Of a DNA stretch of 53,592 nucleotides, positions 46,651 to 53,592 are shown piece by piece. The position numbers were made by a program, and so were the translations under genes. This DNA is from a virus (Duplodnaviria; Caudoviricetes). Location: positions 1 through 53,592 of the IMG/VR virus record IMGVR_UViG_3300009788_000120; one strand, 5' to 3'. The notes under the pieces were generated by a model. The model had not been told where the DNA came from, ran no database searches, and was given only the letters and a program-made list of their open reading frames with translations. The number at the start of each line of letters is the position of its first letter. Positions within the stretch are counted from its first letter, which is position 1.

Positions 46651-46698
46651 CGATTCTACTTTGGGGCTTTACAAATGTAAAGAGGCAAAGTAAGATCG
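46651..46698. promoter_or_regulatory. symmetric divergent promoter pair with central palindrome (genetic switch)
   Basis: Rightward TTTACA-17-TAAGAT; leftward TTTACA-17-TAGAAT; core CTTTACA-AA-TGTAAAG. Confidence 0.85.
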
Positions 46699-46720
46699 GT
46701 GACGAAAGGAGGTCAGCACG

Positions 46721-46984
46721 ATGAAGACTGACTTGGACGTAGACACCGTTCGGCGTGATACGGATCGGCTGATGATCGTCGCCTTCAACATGGTCAAGGG
46801 GGAGCTCGGGTGCTCTTCGGATCACGAGTTGGCGGCCAGGCTGGGGCTCTCTGCCAGCTATACTCACCATGTGACGGGGACGCGGTCCTGGCCCGCCGCC
46901 TCGATGCACAGAATCGCCGCCGCGTCCGGCAGGACGGTTGACGCCCTGCTCGGCGACGCTAGGGCATTGGCGGCCGCAGCGTGA
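46721..46984 (+). CDS. Cro/C1-type HTH regulator
   Basis: AAAGGAGGT RBS; SDHELAARLGLSASYTHHVTGTR.W....MHRIAAASGRTVDALLG. Confidence 0.8.
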   Translation: MKTDLDVDTVRRDTDRLMIVAFNMVKGELGCSSDHELAARLGLSASYTHHVTGTRSWPAASMHRIAAASGRTVDALLGDARALAAAA

Positions 46985-47271
46985 CCGTCTCGGCGGCCAG
47001 AGTGCATAGCACGGGGCTGTCGAAGATGATTGACGGCTTCGTTGCGCTCGCGACCGACGTGAAGATTCCGCAAGGCCTGAGGGTCGCGGCGGCCGTTGAG
47101 TGCGCCAACCAGGCGGCCGTCCAGGCGACGATAGATGGCCGCTTTCATCCGGTCCGGAGTTCGGGTTCCACGACCTGGCGCGAGGTGCCTGAATGGCTCG
47201 ACCCCTACCCCGACCGCGGCCGACGACACCTCTTCACCCCGACCACGTTACCGACGCCTTCGCCTGACTGA
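46981..47271 (+). CDS. hypothetical protein
   Basis: GTGA overlap with the HTH gene. Confidence 0.45.
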   Translation: MTVSAARVHSTGLSKMIDGFVALATDVKIPQGLRVAAAVECANQAAVQATIDGRFHPVRSSGSTTWREVPEWLDPYPDRGRRHLFTPTTLPTPSPD

Positions 47272-47290
47272 AACACAAGGAGCGAGCAAC

Positions 47291-49396
47291 ATGCACATCG
47301 TCCCCCCGAAGACCGCGTCCCTTCCCTTCGAGATCGAAAACGTCGGCCCGCGCATCGGCCCAGAGGGTCAGCCGAGTCGGCTCACCGGGACTCTTCCTCC
47401 CGGCGTCCTCGAGTTTCTCGGCGGCATGGCCGCCGGCAAGAGCCATCACATTTGGGCGCTGTTGGCGGCCGCCGGCGCCGACATTCCCGACCAATTCATC
47501 GAGGTGACCCGCGGGGCCGACGTAGGCCGCGTGCGACTCGGCCCCGACTCTCTGATCATCAAGGCCGGCGAGATGCCGGAGTCCGGGAAGCGCGGACTCG
47601 CGGCGCCGGCCGAGCCGGTCGACGTCAGTCCGCTCTCCGTGCTCTTCCGTCCGGACGCCGTCGACCCGGCGGTCAGCCGGAAGCTACGTATCACCGCGTT
47701 CTTGAAACTCGCTCGGCTCGAGCCGACCCGCGAGCGGCTGGCGAAGCTCTGCGCGGGCTCGGCCGAGCTGCTCGAGTGGATCGTGGCCAAGGTCGCCGGC
47801 GACAAGAAGATCTCAACGCTCGACGTCGCGCTCAAGAGGCTGACGACCGAGGCTCACCGCCTCGCCCGAGAAGATCACGAATCCAAGATCAAGGCCGCGG
47901 CCAACGATCGCATCCGCCTGGAGGGCCGCGTCGAGCAGCTGCTGAGGGAGGCGGCCGCGCCATACGGCATCACTTGGTCGATCGAGCCGGCGGAGGAAGA
48001 CGACGACGAGCAGGCTGCGGCCAGGGCTGCGGCCGTCAACCAGGCTCGCGAGCTGCTGTCCGTCGAGCCCGGCAAGGCGCCGGCCGACCTGGAGGCCGCC
48101 CGTCGAGAGTTCGGCCAGCTCGAGGCTCGCCGAGAGGCTCGAATAGCCTTTGACGCTCTACTCGCGGAGGTGGGCGAGACCGAAGAGGTCATCGACACGG
48201 CGGGCGCTGAGGCCGAGGTCGAGCGCCGACAATCCGCGGCCCAGGCGACCCGGGCGGCCGCCGATCAGGCGAACAGCCAGCGGGCGAAGGCCGACGCCTC
48301 GTTGCAGATTGCGGCCGCGGCCGTGAAGACGGCTCGAGAGCGACACGCCGAGACCGAGGCGAAAATCGACGGAATCTCTGAGGATCAGGCTGCTGAAGAA
48401 TTGTTGGCTCAGGAGCTGGTGAGGAAGCTAGCGGAGTTTCGATCGCGGATCGAGGCTCTTGAAGCCGCTCAGGCGAGTGCCTACGAGGAAGAGAGCGAGC
48501 GGAGCATCGCGGTTGCGACGGCTGAGGATGCAGCGAAACTCCGCCAGGCGGTCGCCGCGGCGGCGGTCTCCGACGCCGAAGCGGTCGAGCTCGCCTCAAC
48601 CGAAGCGGCTCGCGAAGCCGAGGGCGCCCGGATCGAGCTCGCCCGGCTCCAGAAGGCGCAGGCGTCCCAGGCTGAGCGTCAGCTCATCTTGTCGAAGAAG
48701 CCGGCCGACGTCGGCCCCGAAGAGAACGAGGTTGATAACGCGGCCAACGAGCTCGACAAACTGGCCATCGCCCACCGCCTCTTCGGGCTACGCTCGACGT
48801 TCGTCGATACCGATCGGGAGTACTTGGCGGCGGTCGAGCTCGAGCGCGTCGAGCGTCAGGCGTCCGACGCGCTGCGTGACGTCGCTCGTAACGCCCACCG
48901 GCGGCTCTACAAGCTGCTGACGGAAGAGGGCGGCATCCAGGGAGTCGAGATCACGGAGGAGGGCGATATCCTGATCGTTGACGAGTACGAGGGCGAGGAG
49001 CGCAAGCGCGACGTCGCGGACCTGGCGCACGTGTCGGAGGGCGAGAGAATGTCGACCTTCCTGGACATGGCGCAGCCCTACTTATCGGGCACCGGGATTC
49101 CGGTGATCCACTTGGAGGGCCGCTACTGGCGAGACCTGGATGAGACGCGCAAGCGAGAGCTCGCGGCGAAGGCCTCGAGGCGCGGCCAGTGCATCCTGAC
49201 CGAGGTACCGACCGACGAGGACGACACCCGGCCCTGCTCGATCGAGACCGGTAAGTTGATCATGGTCGAACGCGAGCCGGGAGTCTGGACCGCGGACCAA
49301 CGCAAACTCGGCGGCGGAGCCGACATCGAGGGATACTTTCAGTCCCGGGTCTACTACCGGCGGTTGACGGCGCCGGCCGAGGAGTCGACGTCATGA
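47291..49396 (+). CDS. Rad50/SbcC-like coiled-coil ATPase
   Basis: FEIENVGP, Walker A GGMAAGKS, long Ala/Glu coiled coil, signature-like VSEGER, degenerate Walker B VIHLEG; AGGAGCGAGCA RBS. Confidence 0.7.
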   Translation: MHIVPPKTASLPFEIENVGPRIGPEGQPSRLTGTLPPGVLEFLGGMAAGKSHHIWALLAAAGADIPDQFIEVTRGADVGRVRLGPDSLIIKAGEMPESGKRGLAAPAEPVDVSPLSVLFRPDAVDPAVSRKLRITAFLKLARLEPTRERLAKLCAGSAELLEWIVAKVAGDKKISTLDVALKRLTTEAHRLAREDHESKIKAAANDRIRLEGRVEQLLREAAAPYGITWSIEPAEEDDDEQAAARAAAVNQARELLSVEPGKAPADLEAARREFGQLEARREARIAFDALLAEVGETEEVIDTAGAEAEVERRQSAAQATRAAADQANSQRAKADASLQIAAAAVKTARERHAETEAKIDGISEDQAAEELLAQELVRKLAEFRSRIEALEAAQASAYEEESERSIAVATAEDAAKLRQAVAAAAVSDAEAVELASTEAAREAEGARIELARLQKAQASQAERQLILSKKPADVGPEENEVDNAANELDKLAIAHRLFGLRSTFVDTDREYLAAVELERVERQASDALRDVARNAHRRLYKLLTEEGGIQGVEITEEGDILIVDEYEGEERKRDVADLAHVSEGERMSTFLDMAQPYLSGTGIPVIHLEGRYWRDLDETRKRELAAKASRRGQCILTEVPTDEDDTRPCSIETGKLIMVEREPGVWTADQRKLGGGADIEGYFQSRVYYRRLTAPAEESTS

Positions 49397-49833
49397 CGAT
49401 CAACGACCACCTGGCCGGTCTCCGGTCCCTGGCCTTGAGGCCGGCCGTTACCCTCGACCAGCTCGCGCAAGCGATCCTCGCGGATCCTCCGACCCCTCCG
49501 ACCCCGCAGAGCTGCGAGCCGGTCATCGCCACGGACGAGGGCTCGCCCAACAACCTGACCGTCTTCATTCGGCAGCTGCAATATAAGAAGGCGGTGTCCT
49601 GTAGCGCTTGCGGGGCCTTCGCCCGGCGCCATTGGACGATGATCCTGCCCTTTCGAGCTGCTCTCCCAGACGGCTCGGCGTCGCCCATGATCCCGGGTCT
49701 CTGGCCGGTCTGCGAGCGCCACTCGATGCAGCCCGACCCCGTCATCTTCGACCAGGCCCTGGCCTCTTTCAAGCACCTGGCGAGGCTCTACGCCGAGGAT
49801 CTCGAGCGTCAACAGCTCGGGGAGAAGAACTGA
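49393..49833 (+). CDS. hypothetical protein (CxxC...CxxH)
   Basis: GAGGAG RBS; ATGA overlap. Confidence 0.65.
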   Translation: MTINDHLAGLRSLALRPAVTLDQLAQAILADPPTPPTPQSCEPVIATDEGSPNNLTVFIRQLQYKKAVSCSACGAFARRHWTMILPFRAALPDGSASPMIPGLWPVCERHSMQPDPVIFDQALASFKHLARLYAEDLERQQLGEKN

Positions 49834-49835
49834 TC

Positions 49836-50216
49836 ATGTGGGAAAAACAGAACCTGGTGACTCAGTCCAAAGGCGATCAGTGGAAGTGCTCACATTGCGG
49901 CTATAAATTCTGGTCTTGTCGGTTGGGAGCCAACGACTCGACCTGCCCGAAGTGCGATTGCTTAGCCGGTCTCGAGCACCCCGTTGAGATGTCCGGGAAG
50001 CCGCTCGGCGGCTGGTACGCGCCGGCCGCGGAGAAGGCCTACGACTCTCTGGTCGAGCTTCGGGCGGCGGAGAGTTCGAGACCGTCATGCGCGGGCTGCC
50101 GAGGCCCGTTGGTCATCGTTCCTCGGACGAGGCATCCGCTCTCCGACCTCTGGAGACTTGAGCGGCAAGATGGCCTGGCGCTGATGTGCTGCGCCGGCGA
50201 CTGCAAGGAGCCTTAG
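49836..50216 (+). CDS. zinc-ribbon protein
   Basis: WKCSHCG...CPKCD, CAGCRG...CCAGDC. Confidence 0.65.
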   Translation: MWEKQNLVTQSKGDQWKCSHCGYKFWSCRLGANDSTCPKCDCLAGLEHPVEMSGKPLGGWYAPAAEKAYDSLVELRAAESSRPSCAGCRGPLVIVPRTRHPLSDLWRLERQDGLALMCCAGDCKEP

Positions 50217-50449
50217 GGGGTGCGCGGCCTGAACTCTACGCAGCGGCGGGCCGGTGCGCTCTGTGCGGCGGAGACATGAAGAAGAGGCTCGGGTTGTCGA
50301 ATAGCGCGACCCTGGAGGACGACGGACCTGGACGTCTGCCGCGGCTGTCAAATGTTCCACGGCTGCAAGGGCCATCGAGATCTCGACCGGCCGGAGCTGA
50401 TCGTGGAGAGCGTGGATTGGGATCGAGAACTTAGCAAAGGAGCGAGCAA

Positions 50450-51052
50450 ATGAACATCGACGAGGTACTCAGAAAACATAGGATTTGGATTCAAGATGGA
50501 GACGGCGGCGAGAGGGCCAACCTCAGCGGGGCCAACCTCAGCGGGGCCAACCTCAGCGGGGCCTACCTCAGCCGGGCCAACCTCAGCGGGGCCTACCTCA
50601 GCCGGGCCTACCTCAGCGGGGCCAACCTCAGCGGGGCCAACCTCAGCGGGTCCGACCTCCGCGGGGCCGACCTCAGCCGGGCCTACCTCCGCGGGGCCAA
50701 CCTCCGCGGGGCCAACCTCAGCGGGGCCGACCTCAGCGGGGCCGACCTCAGCGGGGCCGACCTCAGCGGGGCCTACCGACACGAAGGCTTGGCGCTCGAC
50801 GGCCGTGTTGACTGCGGCTTATCGCTGGGATACTTCTGGTTGGCCTATACCGCAAATCGCCACGCTTATCTAGAGATCGGGTGCCATAAAAACCGTCGCA
50901 CGGTTCGACAGTGGCGCCGAGATCTTCCGGGTATGACTCGGGGGTACTTTGCCTCAGACCGGAAGGAGGGCGAGGCAACGATCAGGGCTCTGCTCGATTT
51001 CGTCGAGTCAACCCTTGGCGTCTCAATTCCCAGCGAGGAGAGCTCTTCATGA
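50450..51052 (+). CDS. pentapeptide repeat protein
   Basis: HRIW...[13 protein letters not shown]..., 17 A(N/D/Y)LxG-type units, C-terminal LEIGCH; AGGAGCGAGCA RBS. Confidence 0.92.
   Translation: MNIDEVLRKHRIWIQDGDGGERANLSGANLSGANLSGAYLSRANLSGAYLSRAYLSGANLSGANLSGSDLRGADLSRAYLRGANLRGANLSGADLSGADLSGADLSGAYRHEGLALDGRVDCGLSLGYFWLAYTANRHAYLEIGCHKNRRTVRQWRRDLPGMTRGYFASDRKEGEATIRALLDFVESTLGVSIPSEESSS
50516..50770 (+). repeat. 17 x 15-bp tandem repeat (consensus GCCAACCTCAGCGGG)
   Basis: Directly visible; encodes the pentapeptide repeats. Confidence 0.95.
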
Positions 51053-51417
51053 ACCCACTCTTCGCGCCTCGATCCGGGCGCCAGGTGCGCGCCGGCGCCG
51101 GGCAGGCGGGCGACACCCTACGCGAGATCATCGGGCCGCCGATGTTCCAGGTCACCCACCGGCGACAGCTGACGGTGCCGGGGGCCGTCAAGCCGGAGAT
51201 CTGGGCGGGCGAGGATCGCACGATCGCCGAGCGGTTCATCGCGCCCCTAGCCGGTGCGGTTCTGGTCGAGGGCCGGACGACTGACGGAAAAAGAATCGAG
51301 CGTGCGTACCAGCCACGAGATAAAATCGAGCTGACAGCGTCGCAGTTTTTCGCGAATGAAGAGGATCTGAGGCGCATGAGAGCCTGGATCCTCGGTGATC
51401 CAACAGCCTGGCTCTGA
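51049..51417 (+). CDS. hypothetical protein
   Basis: GAGGAG RBS; ATGA overlap. Confidence 0.7.
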   Translation: MNPLFAPRSGRQVRAGAGQAGDTLREIIGPPMFQVTHRRQLTVPGAVKPEIWAGEDRTIAERFIAPLAGAVLVEGRTTDGKRIERAYQPRDKIELTASQFFANEEDLRRMRAWILGDPTAWL

Positions 51418-51447
51418 GTAGAGCGAGGCGGAAAAGGAGCGAGCAAG

Positions 51448-51723
51448 ATGAAGCCGACGAGTTTTCCTCAGTCGAACGACACGCTGACCGGCGGCCCTGG
51501 CGAGAATTACGGGGTCGATCAGGAGACGGTGCCCGACCTCGAGATCTATCGAGGCACCGGCGAGGTCATATCCTGCTGGTCTTTTGACGATTGGTGGGAG
51601 CGGCTCAGCGTGCTCTTCACCGGCCGGGTCTTTCTCCGCGTCGCGGGCAAAACCCATCCGCCACTCTGGCTCGCCGGCGGCCGGGTGTTCAACTCGGGCG
51701 GTCGCAAGAAGGGTGACCGATGA
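51448..51723 (+). CDS. conserved phage hypothetical protein
   Basis: MKP..FPQSN...VISCWSFD.WERL.VLFTGRVFL.V.G.THPPL; AGGAGCGAGCA RBS. Confidence 0.75.
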   Translation: MKPTSFPQSNDTLTGGPGENYGVDQETVPDLEIYRGTGEVISCWSFDDWWERLSVLFTGRVFLRVAGKTHPPLWLAGGRVFNSGGRKKGDR

Positions 51724-52811
51724 CCGCTCCGCGGGCTCTCCCAAAAACCCGGCCCGAGCTGAGCCCGGAGCACGCCCAGGCCCGCGCGGGGAACATCGGA
51801 GGCTCGGAGGTGGGCTCCCTCTTCGGATGGGGCTTCGAGACCAAGCTCGAGCTCTACAACCGCAAGACCGCCGAGCTCGCCGGCGTCGCGCCGGCGGCCG
51901 TCGATCGACCGACGCACTCAGAGCCGCGGCGGCCCGGAGCTCTCGATCCCCTGACCAGGGGATCGGTGCTGGAGACGGCGGTCGCCGAGCTCTTCGCCAT
52001 TGAGACCCAGCTCGACGTCTACCCGCTGGTCGATGCCTACTGGCCGCATCCGACAATCGACGGCATGGGCGCCTCGCCTGACTTCGAGTTGGTGCACCCG
52101 GATTGGGGCCCTGGGATTCTGTCGATCAAGACGGCGATCTTCTGGATCTATCGCCGGTGGCAGGCTCTGTCCGAAGCGTTACACGGCGCGGGCGCGGCGG
52201 TTGAGCCGTCGATGGGCTATCAGCTCCAGGTGCAGCAGGAGCTTGCCTGCTCCCCGGGCTCGGCGGTCGAGCCCGGCGCCCCGCACACCTGGGGCTGCAT
52301 CGCCACCCTCGTCGGCCTCGAGCGGCTCGAGGTCTTCCCGGCGCCGGCCAACGACCTAGAGGTGATCGGCGCTTACCGTCCGAACGAGCAGCTGGTCGGT
52401 CAGATGGCTGTCGAGATCGATCGATTCTGGGATCGCGTGCGGCGAGCCGAGCCGCCGCCCGCCGACTTCGAGCGCGATTGGGAGACGCTGGCCGCGATGC
52501 AAACGAAGCTTGGCGTCGGCGTGCACCTGGACCTCCGCCGGGACGAGGACTTCAACCGGGCGGGCAATGCCTACGTGATGCACCGCGACGAGGAGACCTA
52601 CAGCCGCAAGCTCAAGGAGCTGGCCGGCGCCGAGCTCCGAGAGATCAGCGTGCGACAGGAGACGCCGGCCGCCATCTACGGCCAGGACTTCACTCTCAAG
52701 AACATCCAGGTCAAGGGCTCGAGGTGCCCGGGTTGCCGGCGGCCGCTGCGCAAGCCCTACATCATGACCAGGATCGACAAGAACAAGGTCGACAAGAACA
52801 AGGGGGCTTGA
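51720..52811 (+). CDS. YqaJ/lambda-exonuclease-family recombination nuclease
   Basis: RAGNIGGSEV, RGSVLE, GASPDF, GILSIKT, YQLQVQQEL, FWDRV. Confidence 0.85.
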   Translation: MTAPRALPKTRPELSPEHAQARAGNIGGSEVGSLFGWGFETKLELYNRKTAELAGVAPAAVDRPTHSEPRRPGALDPLTRGSVLETAVAELFAIETQLDVYPLVDAYWPHPTIDGMGASPDFELVHPDWGPGILSIKTAIFWIYRRWQALSEALHGAGAAVEPSMGYQLQVQQELACSPGSAVEPGAPHTWGCIATLVGLERLEVFPAPANDLEVIGAYRPNEQLVGQMAVEIDRFWDRVRRAEPPPADFERDWETLAAMQTKLGVGVHLDLRRDEDFNRAGNAYVMHRDEETYSRKLKELAGAELREISVRQETPAAIYGQDFTLKNIQVKGSRCPGCRRPLRKPYIMTRIDKNKVDKNKGA

Positions 52812-53050
52812 TGAGAAGCGTGAAGCGAAAAGTCGACCCTCGCAAAGAGGAGCTTGCGCTCGAGCGCATAGAGCCCGATCTGGTCTCAGCGATCGACGCT
52901 ATGAAGAGTGTCGGGAAGATGACCTGGGAGCTCGACGAGCACCCGGCATCGACTCCGGCCCTTTCCGAAGGCGACCGGGTCAGCATGCCGCCGATCGGGA
53001 AGCACACCGAGCTGGGAGGCTACGCTCGGGGGAGCCGTGGCCGCGACTGA
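52811..53050 (+). CDS. hypothetical protein
   Basis: TGATG coupling. Confidence 0.55.
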   Translation: MRSVKRKVDPRKEELALERIEPDLVSAIDAMKSVGKMTWELDEHPASTPALSEGDRVSMPPIGKHTELGGYARGSRGRD

Positions 53051-53357
53051 GGCGGAGGCACGTCAGGTGGAAGTGTGGAAAAAATCTCGCGCCGGTGAAG
53101 AAAACGGCGCTATAATCGGAAACGCCAGACCGGTCGGAGGGGAAGCCGAGCGCCTATTCCGGGCTCTCGCATTCTTCCGCCGGCTCTGGAGCGAGCTCGA
53201 CGGGCTGCAAAAGGGTCTGACCCCAGACCCGGATTTTGACGGCCTGGTCAACGACGTCAGGGTGCTCGACTACGAGACCCTGATCAGCCGATTGCGGGAG
53301 TCTCCCGCGGTCGAATCAACCACCACCCCTGGATCAGGGGTAGACAGGAGCGAGTGA
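53037..53357 (+). CDS. hypothetical protein
   Basis: GGGGAG RBS; TGATG coupling downstream. Confidence 0.5.
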   Translation: MAATEAEARQVEVWKKSRAGEENGAIIGNARPVGGEAERLFRALAFFRRLWSELDGLQKGLTPDPDFDGLVNDVRVLDYETLISRLRESPAVESTTTPGSGVDRSE

Positions 53358-53592
53358 TGGACGACAAGAAGAGCGCCGGCGGAGCCGGCAAACAGGCAGG
53401 ACTTCCGACGACACCACCTCTGGCATCGCCGCAGACCGGCAAGGAGACCGCCTCGAGCGGCTCATCGGCGCCGGCGGCCGCCGGCCAGGCCAGTCAGGCG
53501 ATCGATGCGACCACCCTGCCCGCCGTCAGGAACCTTCCGCCGATCGAGAGCCTGGAGCTCATTCCCGAGGTCGAGGAAAAGGAGCTCCAGCA
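53357..53592 (+). CDS. hypothetical protein, 3' truncated (MDDKKSAGG...)
   Basis: Open to the window end; preceded by the variant motif CAGGAGCGAGTGATG. Confidence 0.6.
   Translation, partial: MDDKKSAGGAGKQAGLPTTPPLASPQTGKETASSGSSAPAAAGQASQAIDATTLPAVRNLPPIESLELIPEVEEKELQ

Noticed and set aside
50516-50770. 15-bp tandem array as a CRISPR array or DGR template
   Set aside because: No spacers; in-frame pentapeptide coding; no cas or reverse transcriptase gene in the window.
53088-53116. TATAAT-containing internal promoter
   Set aside because: Perfect -10 but poor -35, and inside a coupled ORF; insufficient support.

Overview
Partial genome of a high-GC (roughly 67-68%, by eye) tailed dsDNA phage or prophage with siphovirus-type organisation. 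Left to right: the end of a Pro-rich PKD-domain gene; a rightward early operon of hypothetical genes (1.6-5.5 kb); packaging and head genes (TerS-like, TerL, portal, MuF with a HExxH metallopeptidase tail, scaffold, P22-like coat); neck and tail genes (adaptor, closure, HK97 gp10-like, terminator, tube, -1 frameshift chaperones, 1861-aa tape measure, tail tip, fibres); membrane and lysis-like genes; a leftward operon (DUF932-like, RecU-like, MTase-SF2 helicase fusion, Dam-like MTase); a symmetric divergent promoter; and a rightward operon (HTH, Rad50-like ATPase, pentapeptide repeat, YqaJ exonuclease). No integrase, endolysin, polymerase, tRNA or CRISPR array was recognised. The two most notable observations are: (1) eight non-structural genes share the 11-nt ribosome-binding motif AGGAGCGAGCA, and its exact complement lies in a predicted ~100-nt plus-strand small RNA (45231-45334) with its own promoter and terminator, suggesting a phage-encoded multi-target anti-RBS RNA regulon; (2) five genes in the tail module, including an S74-chaperone fibre, have Sec-type signal peptides and even numbers of cysteines, suggesting exported, disulfide-bonded fibre or decoration proteins. 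All family assignments come from motif recognition only; no searches were run.
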